Shown: piece by piece, positions 19,440 to 32,833 of the stretch
Numbering within the stretch: position 1 is the stretch's first letter
Layout: the number at the start of each line of letters is the position of its first letter
Origin: an uncultured Bacilli bacterium
GTDB taxonomy: Bacteria; Bacillota_I; Bacilli_A; RF39; UBA660
Direction: 5' to 3'
Assembly (NCBI GenBank): GCA_910584305.1
Contig: CAJTZW010000005.1
Coordinates: 37,684 to 101,683 of the forward strand
DNA length: 64,000 nucleotides
Position numbers and translations under genes: made by a program
The notes under the pieces: model-generated
Seen by the model: the letters and a program-made list of their open reading frames with translations, nothing else
Told to the model about the DNA's origin: nothing
The model's database searches: none

Positions 19440-20517
19440 GAAACCACTCTTTTATTTTTTGCCAAAAGCTTTTTGTCTGCTCTTTTTTTATTTCTACATA
19501 AATATCTTCTGTATGAATTACCTTATCCCCAAGTAAGACATCTACTTTTCCTACTTTGTCCCCATCTTGGATGTTTCTATTTTTTTCCAGTTCAAAATCT
19601 AGAAGGAGACTTTCGTTTTCATCTGGAGATAGTAAATACTTAAAATCATTTTTTATATATAAATTATATTTATCATAGTAATCATCATCATAAATTTGAA
19701 TAATTCCTTTTTCTAGAATGTGGTAACTCTTATATGTGCTAAATGCATATTCAAATAAATCTTTGTGATCTGCAAAATCATTTCCATCATTTAAAGTGAC
19801 AACCACTAAATTCATATTATCTTTTGATGCAGTTGAAACAAGTGTTCTTCTTGCGATTTCTGTGAATCCTGTTTTTCCACCTGTCGTGTATTCATATGTT
19901 CTAAGCAATTTATTTTTATTTGTCCAAGAATAGGTATTCATGTTAGTTTTTAATGTGTATTTTTCTGTCCCAACAATTTTTTTATATGTTTCATTTTGCA
20001 TAGCATATGCTGTTAAAATAGCCATATCATATGCACTAGAAAGATTTCCACCATCATCTTGATCTAACCCATGCGGATTTCTAAATGTTGAATCTTTCAT
20101 TCCTATCTTTTTAGCCGTTTCATTCATCATCTCTACAAAACTATCTACATTTCCACCTACATAATTTGCAATTGCTAAAGCAGCATCATTTCCACTACGT
20201 AGCATTAGTCCATACAGTAAATCTTCTAAAGTTAACACTTCACCTTGCTTAATATAAATTCCGGAACCATAAGCCTTTGTTATTTCCTCACCGACAGTTA
20301 CTTTAGACTTTACATCTGCATTTTCAATCGCAACAATCGCTGTCATGATTTTAGAAATAGAAGCAACACTTCTTGTATTATGAATATCCTTTGAATATAA
20401 TATTCTTTTACTATCTATGTCCATTAAAATTGCTGAGGTGGCTGAGGTTTCAATTGCCTTTACTTGTAGTGGTATTAATAGAATTAAGGTTACAACAAAC
20501 AACAAGCATTTCTTCAT
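19429..20517 (-). CDS. dacB: D-alanyl-D-alanine carboxypeptidase (sporulation PBP5*-type)
   Basis: ATG at 20517 behind an AGGTGA RBS (the track starts at GTG 20526). Signal peptide. SxxK = SISK, SGN = RSGND, KTG = GKTGFT. Confidence 0.85.
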   Translation of the reverse strand: MKKCLLFVVTLILLIPLQVKAIETSATSAILMDIDSKRILYSKDIHNTRSVASISKIMTAIVAIENADVKSKVTVGEEITKAYGSGIYIKQGEVLTLEDLLYGLMLRSGNDAALAIANYVGGNVDSFVEMMNETAKKIGMKDSTFRNPHGLDQDDGGNLSSAYDMAILTAYAMQNETYKKIVGTEKYTLKTNMNTYSWTNKNKLLRTYEYTTGGKTGFTEIARRTLVSTASKDNMNLVVVTLNDGNDFADHKDLFEYAFSTYKSYHILEKGIIQIYDDDYYDKYNLYIKNDFKYLLSPDENESLLLDFELEKNRNIQDGDKVGKVDVLLGDKVIHTEDIYVEIKKEQTKSFWQKIKEWFHDS

Positions 20518-20724
20518 ATGAATCACCTAATAAATTATATGAAAAAAAGGACGTGTTATGTCCTCTTTCTATTTTTATGATTGGCTTTTAATTGATTCAG
20601 TTCACTTTCTAGTTTTACATCATCTATAATCATTTTCCCTCTATTCATAATAATCATAACAAATTATTTAATTGCCATCTTTAGCTTGTAATTTACTATG
20701 ATAAAAACTTTCCCTAAGGAAAGT

Positions 20725-21273
20725 TTAATATTGATATAATCCGTGAATCTTATTTTCTTGTTCTTGTGTTAAGGCATCCAATTTCCATTCATCTTCTATT
20801 TTTGTTAAAGTAAAATCAATTGTATATTTTACCTTTTCCTTTGCCTCTTTTAATTGTTCTAAACGATAATCGATAAATAAAGATTCATCATATTCTTCAT
20901 TATTATAAAATTCTTCTTCATGGTCCTTTTTATATTGTTCTGCATCTTTCATAATTTTAGAATAATCTGTAACTTCAATTTCTGCAGTTACTGTTGCTGT
21001 ATCTCCATCAATTTTTTCATCTTTTATTTCATATGTAAGGTTTTCATAATGTTTTTTCATAATATCACGATATTTATCTTTTTGTGTATCATTAAATGTA
21101 TCTTCTCTATCAATTACACCATCGAGTTGTTTTAAAACATCTGCATCTAATGTTTGATAATTTGCTAAAAACATTTCCACCTTTTTTGTTGGAGTGTTTA
21201 ACAGTTTCCCATTTTCACAGCTACATCCTGTTAAAAATACAAATGCAGCTAGAAAGCAAAATATTTTTTTCAT
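20725..21273 (-). CDS. lipoprotein, unknown function
   Basis: Start taken at ATG 21273 (MKKIFCFLAAFVFLTGCS lipobox) behind a GAGGAGG RBS. The track ORF begins 13 codons earlier. Confidence 0.7.
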   Translation of the reverse strand: MKKIFCFLAAFVFLTGCSCENGKLLNTPTKKVEMFLANYQTLDADVLKQLDGVIDREDTFNDTQKDKYRDIMKKHYENLTYEIKDEKIDGDTATVTAEIEVTDYSKIMKDAEQYKKDHEEEFYNNEEYDESLFIDYRLEQLKEAKEKVKYTIDFTLTKIEDEWKLDALTQEQENKIHGLYQY

Positions 21274-21324
21274 AAAATTCCTCCTCATTAGTATTTTGTA
21301 ACAAATTCCCATTCTTATACAAAA

Positions 21325-21963
21325 TTAATGTTTAATTTCTAATAATTTAAGTATATTTTTAATTTTTTCAACTGCTGCCTCATTATTTTCTTCCAAGATA
21401 GATTGAAAGTCCTTTCGTATAATATTTAAATTTTCCTCTTTCTTATTAAAGCATTCATAATACATATACCTCAATGTTTCCTGATTTTTTTCGCTAAATA
21501 ATTTTTTTAATGATTTTTTTAATTTCTGCTCATTGTCCACCTGTCTTCTTGTTTTATATGTATTGTTTTCTGTCTTCTTTAATTTTGTATAAAGAATATC
21601 TTCCTCTTTTAATTTTTGTGCGACTGTTAGTACTTCTTCTTCCTCATCCAATAATAATTTTGATTTTAAACAGTGATTATTTTTTATCATAATGGCAAGC
21701 ACTGTTGTTCCATCACTCAGTAAACATGCGAATTCTACTAGGCGTATGCTCTTATTATTAAATACTTCCGTTTTTCTTTTAATATGTTCTAAAAAGGAAT
21801 TTTCTAAGCTTACATCATAATCTGTAATATCAGATAGTGCGCTAGAACTCACTTTCACTAACGGAATTTTTCTAACATGTAAAATGTTATCTGATGGATT
21901 CCATTCGAAGAAGTCATATGCCTCACTATTAAAATTTACTAAAATATCATATATGTAATTCAT
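21325..21963 (-). CDS. conserved hypothetical cytoplasmic protein
   Basis: 212-aa ORF. MNYIYDILVNFNSEAYDFFEWNPSDNILHVRKIPL... I cannot assign a family. Confidence 0.55.
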   Translation of the reverse strand: MNYIYDILVNFNSEAYDFFEWNPSDNILHVRKIPLVKVSSSALSDITDYDVSLENSFLEHIKRKTEVFNNKSIRLVEFACLLSDGTTVLAIMIKNNHCLKSKLLLDEEEEVLTVAQKLKEEDILYTKLKKTENNTYKTRRQVDNEQKLKKSLKKLFSEKNQETLRYMYYECFNKKEENLNIIRKDFQSILEENNEAAVEKIKNILKLLEIKH

Positions 21964-22171
21964 ATTTATTTCCTCCTGGTATAAAGATGGTTACAGCAAT
22001 GAGAATGATGCCTATTACTGCATATAGGCATTCAATTCTTCTACTTATAAAATTAACATATTCTTCAAAATTATACCCTATCGTAAGTAAATTCAAATAA
22101 CTTATACTATATACACAACCTACTACAGTTAACCCAAAGCCAATTAGGAATACAAATATTCTTGCAAGCAT
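21947..22171 (-). CDS. small two-TM membrane protein
   Basis: 74 aa with two hydrophobic helices. Overlaps the downstream gene by 17 nt. Confidence 0.5.
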   Translation of the reverse strand: MLARIFVFLIGFGLTVVGCVYSISYLNLLTIGYNFEEYVNFISRRIECLYAVIGIILIAVTIFIPGGNKYELHI

Positions 22172-22255
22172 CTTACCACCTATTAAAGTGTATTTTATTT
22201 ATCGATTTTTATTTATTAAATTTTATATTTGGAGTATAATGAATTGGGTGATATT

Positions 22256-23077
22256 ATGATACTTGATTTTATATGTTTTATAATACTAGGATTTATCCAA
22301 GGTATTACAGAGCCCATTCCAGTTTCTTCTAGTGGGCATTTACTTATATTTCAAAATTTAATTGGAAAAGGGATTTCCGAAATTGATTTTGGGTTACTTG
22401 CAACACTCACCAATGCGGGTAGTTTGATTGCGATTATTATATTATTTAAAGAAGACATTTTAAATTTAATTCATGATTTCTTTGGGTATATTGGTAGCAA
22501 AAAGAAATCCTACTATCCAAACTTTAAATATTCTTTGTATATAATTTTAGCAACTATCCCAGCTGGAATTATGGGACTTGTTGTTACAAAATTAGGATTC
22601 TTTGATTTTCTAGAAGAGAACGTGAAATTTGTTGGTGTCACATTACTGATTACAGCTTTCTTCTTATTCTTAATTCGTAATATTAAAGGAAGAAAAGAAA
22701 AAAAAGATATCTCTATTATAGATGCCTTAACAGTTGGACTTTTCCAGGTCGTTGCGCTTGTCCCTGGTATTAGTCGTAGTGGGGCTACCATTGTTGGGGG
22801 AATGACTCGTAATTTTACTCGTGAGACTGCATTTAAATTTTCCTTTATCTTATATATTCCAATTTCGGTTGCTACTATGATTCTTGGGGTTAAAGATTTA
22901 TTTGAAAGTTCTTTAAGTATAAACCTATGGATATGTTATATTGCAAGCGCTATTGTAGCTGGTATTTTTACATACATTGCTACCAAATGGTTTAAAAAGA
23001 TTGTGGAAAAGGGAAATCTTATCTATTTTGTATGGTATTGTTTAATTGTGGGCGCTTTGGTTATTTTGTTTTTATAG
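22256..23077 (+). CDS. uppP: undecaprenyl-diphosphate phosphatase (BacA/UppP)
   Basis: GFIQGITEPIPVSSSGHL and PGISRSGATI motifs. ATG at 22256 is preferred over the in-frame TTG at 22229. Confidence 0.9.
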   Translation: MILDFICFIILGFIQGITEPIPVSSSGHLLIFQNLIGKGISEIDFGLLATLTNAGSLIAIIILFKEDILNLIHDFFGYIGSKKKSYYPNFKYSLYIILATIPAGIMGLVVTKLGFFDFLEENVKFVGVTLLITAFFLFLIRNIKGRKEKKDISIIDALTVGLFQVVALVPGISRSGATIVGGMTRNFTRETAFKFSFILYIPISVATMILGVKDLFESSLSINLWICYIASAIVAGIFTYIATKWFKKIVEKGNLIYFVWYCLIVGALVILFL

Positions 23078-23100
23078 AACTGCTTAGGCAGTTTTTAATT
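23078..23100 (+). terminator. rho-independent terminator after uppP
   Basis: aactgc-ttag-gcagtt followed by ttttaattt, immediately after the TAG stop. Confidence 0.6.
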
Positions 23101-23156
23101 TCTATGTTATTTCATAAATTAGAATATCTAAGATAACTTCATCTTTAATCAATTAA

Positions 23157-23176
23157 GCGCCTCAATATTGAGACGC
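23157..23176 (-). terminator. hairpin downstream of pflA
   Basis: gcgcctcaa-ta-ttgagacgc. The fourth stem position is a G-U pair on the minus-strand transcript. The U-tract is weak on the minus strand. Confidence 0.35.
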
Positions 23177-23178
23177 TT

Positions 23179-23862
23179 TTATTTTTCTAATTCTTCACAT
23201 TTTCTCTTATCCATAGCTTTGGTATTTTCTAATTGATAGGGTATTCCGAGTTCTTTGTACTTATAAATACCCATTGTATGATATGGTAAAAGTTCTATTT
23301 TTTTTACACATTGATATGGTTTTAGTACTTGTTTTAGTTTTAAAATATATTCTTTATTATCATTAATATCTGGAATGATAACTTGTCTTATCCAAATATC
23401 TTTCTTTTTCTCTTCACATAAATTTAAAAATTTCCAAAATGATTCCATATTTTTCCCTGTCATTTTTAGGTAGTCCTCATCATTTAGAGCTTTAATATCT
23501 AACAATACTAAATCTATATATGTCAGGATTTCTTGATTTTGAAGTGGCATTCCCGCAGTATCTATACATGTATGTATATCATTTTCTTTACATAGTTTTA
23601 ATGTTTCTAGTAAGAATTCTTGTTGCAAAAGAGGTTCCCCGCCAGAGAATGTAACCCCTCCATCTTTGATATAATTTTTATATTTTAGAATTGTATTACA
23701 TAGTTCCTCTGGCGTATATATGTTACCTTTCTTTTCTAGCCACGTTTCTGGATTATGGCAAAACCTACAACGTAATCGGCATCCTTGCATAAATACTGTT
23801 ACACGGATTCCAGGTCCATCTACAGTACTCATTGTTTCTAGCTTACTTATATATCCTATCAT
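23179..23862 (-). CDS. pflA: pyruvate formate-lyase activating enzyme (radical SAM)
   Basis: 227 aa. GPGIRVTVFMQGCRLRCRFCHNPETW carries the CxxxCxxC motif. Immediately downstream of pflB. Confidence 0.9.
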   Translation of the reverse strand: MIGYISKLETMSTVDGPGIRVTVFMQGCRLRCRFCHNPETWLEKKGNIYTPEELCNTILKYKNYIKDGGVTFSGGEPLLQQEFLLETLKLCKENDIHTCIDTAGMPLQNQEILTYIDLVLLDIKALNDEDYLKMTGKNMESFWKFLNLCEEKKKDIWIRQVIIPDINDNKEYILKLKQVLKPYQCVKKIELLPYHTMGIYKYKELGIPYQLENTKAMDKRKCEELEK

Positions 23863-26084
23863 TACATTGTTCCATGAAAAGTCCGATGGATTACTTCAAG
23901 TTGTTGTTCTTTACTTAAACGATTAAAACGTACTGCATAGCCTGATACACGAATTGTTAACATTGGATATTTTTCAGGATTTTCCATTGCATCAATCAAT
24001 GTTTCTCTATTTAGTACATTTACATTTAAATGGTGGGCTCCTTGGTTAAAATATCCATCTAGTATGGTAACTAAATTTTTGACTTGTGATTCTTCATTTT
24101 CTCCGAGAGCTCCTGGAATGATAGAGAATGTATTGGAGATTCCATCTTGACAACAATCTTGATATGGAATTTTAGCAACTGAATTTAAAGATGCTAGGGC
24201 TCCACTATGGTCTCTACCATGCATTGGATTGGCTCCAGGAGCAAATGCTACTCCTTTCTTTCTACCGTCTGGGGTCGATCCTGTTTTCTTACCATATACG
24301 ACATTCGACGTAATTGTTAAAACAGAAAGGGTGTGTTTTGCTTTTTTGTACAATGAATGACTTTTTAATTTTGTATAGAAACGGTTTACAAGGTCTACAG
24401 CAATACTGTCTACTCTATCATCATCATTTCCATACTGTGGATATTTTCCTTCGATTTCAAAATCAATAGCAATTCCTTTTTCATTTCGAATCGGTTTTAC
24501 TTTTGCATACTTAATAGCGGATAAGGAGTCCGTCGCTACTGATAACCCTGCAACTCCAAATGCCATTAAATGTTCAACATCTGTATCATGCAAAGCCATT
24601 TGTCCTGCCTCATACGCATATTTATCATGCATATAATGAATGATATTCATAGCATCTACATATGTTTTGGCAACTTTGTCTAATACTTTATCATATGCTT
24701 TTATTACAGTTTCATAATTCAACACATTGTCGGTAATCGGTTCTATTTTTTCTACTATTCTCTCCTCTTTTATTTCATCGATTCCACCATTTATCGCATA
24801 TAATAGAGCTTTTGCTAAATTGCATCTGGCTCCAAAGAATTGCATCTGCTTTCCTACTGTCATACTAGATACACAGCAGGCAATTGCATAATCACTTCCA
24901 TGGATTGGGCGCATTACATCATCATTTTCATATTGGATAGAATCGGTTTTAATAGATATCTTTGCACAGTACTTTTTAAAGTTGTCTGGGAGATTTGTAG
25001 ACCAAAGAATTGTCATGTTTGGTTCTGGCGCAGATTCTAAATTGATTAAAGTGTGCAGATAGCGAAATGAGTTTTTTGTAACTAAACTTTTACTTTCTGT
25101 TAACATTCCCCCGATAGATTCTGTTACCCAAGTAGGATCTCCTGCGAATAGTTCATTGTATTCAGGTGTACGTAGATGTCTTGCTATACGAAGTTTAATA
25201 ATAAATTGATCAATTAGTTCTTGCGCTTCTTTTTCTGTTAGGTTGTCTTCCTTTATATCTCTTTCAATATAAATATCTAGAAAAGTAGATGTTCTACCTA
25301 AACTCATAGCTGCCCCATTATTTTCTTTAATAGCTGCTAAATATCCAAAGTATACCCATTGGATTGCTTCTTTCGCATTCTTTGCAGGAACAGAAATATC
25401 AAATCCATATTTCTCTGCCATATTTTTAATTTTTCCCAATGCTTTTATTTGCTCACTAACTTCTTCACGTAGGCGAATAGTTTCTTCTGTAATCTCTGCA
25501 ATCTTATCTAGATCTTTTTTCTTTTCTTCTATTAGAAAATCAATTCCATAGAGGGCAATACGACGATAATCCCCAATAATTCTACCTCTTCCATACGCAT
25601 CAGGAAGCCCTGTGATTAACCCAGCATGGCGAGCTTTACGAATTTCTTTTGTATATGCATCAAATACTCCATCATTATGAGTTTTACGGTATTCTGTAAA
25701 CTTATCGTGAATATCTTTATTTAGAATATATCCATACGCTTCTAACGCATTTTCTACCATACGCATCCCACCATACGGATTTACTATTCTTTTTAATGGT
25801 TTATCAGTTTGGAGACCGACAATTACTTCATTTTCTTTATCAATATATCCAGCATCAAAGCCATCAATACTAGAAATTTTGTCAACCTCAACATCATATA
25901 TACCCTTTTTAAGTTCTTCCTGTAGTAATGCTTTACACTTTTCCCAAATTTTGTCAGTTCTTGTTGTTGTCTCTTCTAAAAACGAATCATCCCCTGTATA
26001 TTCTGTATAATTCTCTTTGATGAAATCCGCTACATCAACTCTATGTTTCCAATTTTCTCCTTTAAAATTTTTCCATGCTTCCAT
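23862..26084 (-). CDS. pflB: formate C-acetyltransferase (pyruvate formate-lyase)
   Basis: 740 aa. Active-site ...AIACCVS... Glycyl-radical motif [11 protein letters not shown] near the C-terminus. Confidence 0.95.
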   Translation of the reverse strand: MEAWKNFKGENWKHRVDVADFIKENYTEYTGDDSFLEETTTRTDKIWEKCKALLQEELKKGIYDVEVDKISSIDGFDAGYIDKENEVIVGLQTDKPLKRIVNPYGGMRMVENALEAYGYILNKDIHDKFTEYRKTHNDGVFDAYTKEIRKARHAGLITGLPDAYGRGRIIGDYRRIALYGIDFLIEEKKKDLDKIAEITEETIRLREEVSEQIKALGKIKNMAEKYGFDISVPAKNAKEAIQWVYFGYLAAIKENNGAAMSLGRTSTFLDIYIERDIKEDNLTEKEAQELIDQFIIKLRIARHLRTPEYNELFAGDPTWVTESIGGMLTESKSLVTKNSFRYLHTLINLESAPEPNMTILWSTNLPDNFKKYCAKISIKTDSIQYENDDVMRPIHGSDYAIACCVSSMTVGKQMQFFGARCNLAKALLYAINGGIDEIKEERIVEKIEPITDNVLNYETVIKAYDKVLDKVAKTYVDAMNIIHYMHDKYAYEAGQMALHDTDVEHLMAFGVAGLSVATDSLSAIKYAKVKPIRNEKGIAIDFEIEGKYPQYGNDDDRVDSIAVDLVNRFYTKLKSHSLYKKAKHTLSVLTITSNVVYGKKTGSTPDGRKKGVAFAPGANPMHGRDHSGALASLNSVAKIPYQDCCQDGISNTFSIIPGALGENEESQVKNLVTILDGYFNQGAHHLNVNVLNRETLIDAMENPEKYPMLTIRVSGYAVRFNRLSKEQQLEVIHRTFHGTM

Positions 26085-26135
26085 CTTATCACCTTCCTGT
26101 TTTTATTATAGCATGTCAAAAAAGAATAGGCAAAG

Positions 26136-28187
<2,052 letters not shown>

Positions 28188-28225
28188 TCACTTCATATGA
28201 AGCAATATTTGTTATTATAATCTTA

Positions 28226-29035
28226 TTATTTGATAAAATTTTGTGTAATTATTGTTAATTGTGCTAAACAATCTTCTGAAAAACCAGCTAAGTTCATTAC
28301 GAATTGCAATAAAATAGGAAGTAATAAGAAGACAATTCCAGCTATAATTCTCTTTAAGAATCTTTTTCCAGAAGTTTTTAAATCTTTATCTTCTCCTGTG
28401 AATACGACTTTTAAGAAATCAATAATTCCAAGAACAATAATTAATACTGGGACAAGTATTCTTATCACTGTATATACCCTTTGTATAAAACTCCAAGTAT
28501 CATACCCAAACATTCCGCAATAAACTGCAGTAGATCCTGAACTTGATGTAGATTTCCATACTAAAGTTGGCTGATCACTCCTGATTATTGTCACAATCTT
28601 ATCACCGATTATAATAGGAATCTGAAAGCTCGACCTATTAGTCAATACTGTATATATGGCATCTTCAACATCTTCCCATGCACCTTCATCTCTATTCCAC
28701 ATCTGGTATTTATTATGAAGATATAAATGTGAAGGGCAGGAGGATGAATCTGTAAATGAAATTTTCATTTGGAACATATTTGTTTCATTCAATGTATCCT
28801 TCAATGTATTTAATAATGAACTATCATGTATAGTAATCTGATTTGTAACAGACCTTTTTATAGTAATATTTTGTACATCGGCAAAAACGTCCGAACCGAA
28901 CAGAGGAATAAATTTTGAAACATATTCCCTATCCCCTGACTCTAACTCATATTCACACACAAGTGTTGCATTTACAGAATTCATACAAAAGAATAGTGCA
29001 AAAATAGTCGCTCCTAAATAGAATAACTTCTTCAT
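28226..29035 (-). CDS. secreted protein with C-terminal two-helix membrane hairpin, unknown function
   Basis: 269 aa. Signal peptide MKKLFYLGATIFALFFCMNSVNA. C-terminal VIRILVPVLIIVLGIIDFL - charged loop - IIAGIVFLLLPILLQFV. Confidence 0.65.
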   Translation of the reverse strand: MKKLFYLGATIFALFFCMNSVNATLVCEYELESGDREYVSKFIPLFGSDVFADVQNITIKRSVTNQITIHDSSLLNTLKDTLNETNMFQMKISFTDSSSCPSHLYLHNKYQMWNRDEGAWEDVEDAIYTVLTNRSSFQIPIIIGDKIVTIIRSDQPTLVWKSTSSSGSTAVYCGMFGYDTWSFIQRVYTVIRILVPVLIIVLGIIDFLKVVFTGEDKDLKTSGKRFLKRIIAGIVFLLLPILLQFVMNLAGFSEDCLAQLTIITQNFIK

Positions 29036-29037
29036 GA

Positions 29038-29196
29038 TTACCCCTGCTTATTTAGTGCACGATATGCTACTACAAATACTAGAATTCCTAAAAAGAATAG
29101 ACCTATCCATAATAACGGGTTACTACTATTATTAATAATCCATTCTTTAAAATTATCTGCAACGCCATTTATACTATCTATTATATTTAATACCAT
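29038..29196 (-). CDS. unannotated 52-aa single-TM ORF between pcrA and the 269-aa gene
   Basis: Below the track cutoff. GGTGA RBS + ATG at 29196. MVLNIIDSINGVADNFKEWIINNSSNPLLWIGLFFLGILVFVVAYRALNKQG. The stop lies 2 nt before the next gene's ATG. Confidence 0.45.
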   Translation of the reverse strand: MVLNIIDSINGVADNFKEWIINNSSNPLLWIGLFFLGILVFVVAYRALNKQG

Positions 29197-29204
29197 ATGA
29201 TCAC

Positions 29205-31292
29205 CTATATCTTTCTATACGTTTTATGCCCTTTTAACAGTTTTTTAATTCCATATGGATGAGGGAATGCGATTGTTAAGATACTTTTATCTACACTGAC
29301 AATCACACCTTCCCCAAATGTATCATGTAATACCTTTTCACCCACTTTATATTCTATATTATCATTTATTTCTGATTTGTCAAATATTTTTACTTTGTTT
29401 TCTTCTTTTATAACATCACTATCTAGTAAATCTTCATTGATTTCTTCTATGAATCTACTTGGTGCATTATAACTATCCATACCATAGATTGTTCTTTTTC
29501 TAGCATTAATTAAATACAGTCCTTGTTTGGCCCTTGTTATTGCAACATAGCAAAGCCTTCTTTCTTCTTCTAATGCTTCTGTTTCAAATAAGGAATTGTT
29601 ATGTGGGAATATTCCTTCTTCTAAGCCGATAATAAATACATAGTCAAATTCAAGTCCTTTTGCAGAGTGGACTGTCATCAGTGTAATCACATCATTGTTC
29701 TCTTTATGTTCTTCAATATCCGATACTAGGCTTATTTCTGCTAAAAATTCTTCTAGGGATATAATACCATTTTTTTCCTCAAAGTTTTTTGTAATTGTTT
29801 TGAATTCTTCTAAGTTTTCAAGGCGGATATCTGCTTCCATAGAATCCTCTTCTTCTAATTCTTTTTTTATCCCTGTTTTCTCTAAAATTAGATTCACAAG
29901 TTCTGTTAATGAACAAGAATCTGCTTGCATTCTTAATTCTTCAATAATTTTTTTAAATTCTAGTTCCTTTCCACTATCGATTGCATCATATAAAGCACAC
30001 CCTTGAAGTAGGGCTTTTTGATTCAAATTTTCGATGGTTTTAAGACCAATACCCCTCTTTGGAACATTGATAATTCTTTCTAGACTAGCATCATCATATG
30101 TATTATAAATTAGTTTCATATAGGATATCAAATCTTTAATCTCTTTTCTATTATAGAAATAAAAGCTCCCTACAACTTTATATGGAATATTCTCTTTTAA
30201 AAGAACTTCTTCCATATTTCTTGATTGTGCATTGGTTCTATATAATACTGCAATGGATGAAGCAGAAACACCCTCATCAAATAGTTTATATATTTGCTTT
30301 ATTACATATTCTGCCTCATCCTTTTCCGTAGAAGCCTTATGGTATTTTATTTTTAAACCAGTCTCATTTTCAGTCCATAAATTTTTCTCTTTTTTCATTT
30401 TATTATTTTTAATAACATCATTGGCTGCTTCTAATATCGTTTTTGTTGAACGATAATTTTGTTCTAAAAGAATTGTCTTTGATGCAGGAAAATCTTTTTC
30501 AAAATTTAAGATATTTTTATAATTTGCTCCACGCCAAGAATAAATCGATTGAGAATCATCTCCTACGACACAAATATTTTGATATTTAGCTGATATCATT
30601 TTCGTCAGGATATATTGTGCTTGGTTGGTATCTTGATACTCATCAATTAATATATATTGATATCTTTCTTGATATTGTTTTAAAACTTCTGGGTATGTTC
30701 TAAACAAAATAATAGGTAGTGTTAGCAAATCGTCAAAATCCACAGAATTATTGATTAATAATTTGTGCTCATACTTTTTATATACACTGGCTACAACTTC
30801 TTCAAAATCCGTTGCTGCAATCCTATCATATTCATGACTATCAACGAGTTCATTTTTTGCGCCACTTATTTTACTTCGAATTGCCTTTGGATTGTATTCT
30901 TTAATATCATATCCATTATCTTTCATAATTTTTTTTATAATTGTAAGTGAATCATCACTATCTAGGATAGTAAAATTACTTTTATACCCCAATTTTTCAT
31001 AATTATCTCGTAAAATTGAAAGTCCAAAAGAATGGAATGTCGATATTTGAATTTCATAGCCAATACTTCCTAGCATATGAATAACACGTTCTTTCATTTC
31101 TTTTGCAGCCTTATTTGTAAATGTAATTGCTAGAATATGTCCTGGATGAATTCCTAATTCTTCTACTAAGTAGGCAATGCGGGTTGTTAGGACTCTTGTC
31201 TTTCCACTCCCTGCCCCAGCAAGTACAAGTAAAGGGCCATCTGTGGTTTTGACTGCTATTTGTTGCATGTCATTTAATGTATCTAATTTCAT
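29205..31292 (-). CDS. pcrA: ATP-dependent DNA helicase PcrA (UvrD/Rep family)
   Basis: 695 aa. Walker A AGAGSGKTRVLT. Motifs DEYQDTN, QNYRS, VHSAKGLEFD, RLCYVAITRAK. Confidence 0.95.
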   Translation of the reverse strand: MKLDTLNDMQQIAVKTTDGPLLVLAGAGSGKTRVLTTRIAYLVEELGIHPGHILAITFTNKAAKEMKERVIHMLGSIGYEIQISTFHSFGLSILRDNYEKLGYKSNFTILDSDDSLTIIKKIMKDNGYDIKEYNPKAIRSKISGAKNELVDSHEYDRIAATDFEEVVASVYKKYEHKLLINNSVDFDDLLTLPIILFRTYPEVLKQYQERYQYILIDEYQDTNQAQYILTKMISAKYQNICVVGDDSQSIYSWRGANYKNILNFEKDFPASKTILLEQNYRSTKTILEAANDVIKNNKMKKEKNLWTENETGLKIKYHKASTEKDEAEYVIKQIYKLFDEGVSASSIAVLYRTNAQSRNMEEVLLKENIPYKVVGSFYFYNRKEIKDLISYMKLIYNTYDDASLERIINVPKRGIGLKTIENLNQKALLQGCALYDAIDSGKELEFKKIIEELRMQADSCSLTELVNLILEKTGIKKELEEEDSMEADIRLENLEEFKTITKNFEEKNGIISLEEFLAEISLVSDIEEHKENNDVITLMTVHSAKGLEFDYVFIIGLEEGIFPHNNSLFETEALEEERRLCYVAITRAKQGLYLINARKRTIYGMDSYNAPSRFIEEINEDLLDSDVIKEENKVKIFDKSEINDNIEYKVGEKVLHDTFGEGVIVSVDKSILTIAFPHPYGIKKLLKGHKTYRKI

Positions 31293-31314
31293 TCTTTCAC
31301 CTTCTCTTAATTAT

Positions 31315-32008
31315 TTATTTCTTCATTTTTATTTCAATCATAAATTTATCAAAATCCGATTCAGATAATTTATCTTGTACAATTCTATATTTTTCAAACT
31401 CGGATAAAGTAAAACTTTCTGCGACTTTAATGGAAACTTTACCTGGATTATCTAGTTCCTCTCTTTCATTAAACTGTAAAAATACATCTAATCTTTTTTC
31501 CAATCTTCGGCAGTATGTAAGAAATCCTTACATACTGAATTTCTATCTAATTCGTGTTCTAAAATATTATTTAAATGCATCGTAACATTATTTCTAGTTG
31601 TATCAAAAAGTTCATCAAAATATGGATCATTTCCGTTGTTTTTAAATCTTTCGACATTCAAATTATAGCCTTTTATTAGGTATTCTTTAATTTTTCATTA
31701 GCCCATATTCTAAATTTAGTTCCCTCTTCAGATTTTACACGGAAACCAATAGCAATTATCATATCTAAATTATAATAATTAGTTGGTTTTGTAGAAAATT
31801 CGGAATTTCCGAATTTTCTCATAGTATTCGTCTCTATTAGTTCATTTTCTAAATATATATTCTTGATATGTTCATTAATCGTCGATTTTGCTTTATTATA
31901 TAATTTGCTTATTTGTTCCTGTGTAAGCCAAATATTTTCATTCTCTAAAATAACTTCAACTTTTATATTATTGCCTAATTCATATATTAAAAAATTGTTT
32001 TTTTTCAT
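31315..32008 (-). pseudogene. rhuM: rhuM-family (virulence protein RhuM) gene broken by frameshifts
   Basis: N-terminal part is ORF 31676..32008. The middle part is readable in another frame (KGYNLNVERFKNNGNDPY...). The C-terminal part is ORF 31315..31503 (...RLDVFLQFNEREELDNPGKVS...). Confidence 0.7.
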
Positions 32009-32173
32009 TCATCACACCCCCTTACAATACAACAGAAATTTTAATTGTTAAACTCCTTTTATTTTTAATACCAATCCAATTGTTATTAAGTTTTTTAAAC
32101 TGTGCCATTTCAGTTAGCATACTGTATTCTTTTTCATTTATCTCTTGTTGTCTTGTATATATTTAAATAATTT

Positions 32174-32833
32174 CTATTTTTTTCTTACACCATTTTCCTT
32201 TTCTATATCAGTCCTTACTATCATTTTACGAAGATATTCTTTCAATGGGCCTAATTCACAAGTAGCACCTGCAATCGTAAGAGCCTGAATTAACCCATCT
32301 TTTTCATTTGCCGAAATATTTGAATAATCTAAGCTATATTTACCAAATGAAATATATTGACTCACATAATTAACGTATTGCCTTAAAAATTCTCTCTCAA
32401 CTCTTCCGTTACCTTCCCTAAATGGATGAATTATATCTAGTTCACTATATAGATAGGTAAGTACATCTACCAATGCTTCTTCATTATTTATCCGAATTGC
32501 TAATTTTCTTGCTTTCTCTAAAGTATCTTTTAGATTAAAATAGATAAAATTTGGAAGACAAAATGGAATATTTTTCTCAATTACTTCATCTCGTATTTGT
32601 CCTGCGAAGGGATAAATATCCTCGAACAATATCTTATGAATATTTAAATAATAATCTACAGTGAACTTCATCTCTGTTTGATTTAAGTATAGCTTCGCCA
32701 ATTTATAATTTGTAATTACTCTCTCCACTTTTTCCAATTCTTCATTATTTTCTAAACCACAATTATTTTTCAATAATCCGTTTTCTAATTCGGCGGTAGA
32801 TTTATAATTTAATATATCCTCATATCTTGCCAT
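32174..32833 (-). CDS. Fic-domain protein (AMPylator-type toxin, class I FicT)
   Basis: 219 aa. Canonical Fic motif HPFREGNGRVER. Overlaps the upstream small antitoxin-like gene by 14 nt. Confidence 0.85.
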   Translation of the reverse strand: MARYEDILNYKSTAELENGLLKNNCGLENNEELEKVERVITNYKLAKLYLNQTEMKFTVDYYLNIHKILFEDIYPFAGQIRDEVIEKNIPFCLPNFIYFNLKDTLEKARKLAIRINNEEALVDVLTYLYSELDIIHPFREGNGRVEREFLRQYVNYVSQYISFGKYSLDYSNISANEKDGLIQALTIAGATCELGPLKEYLRKMIVRTDIEKENGVRKK

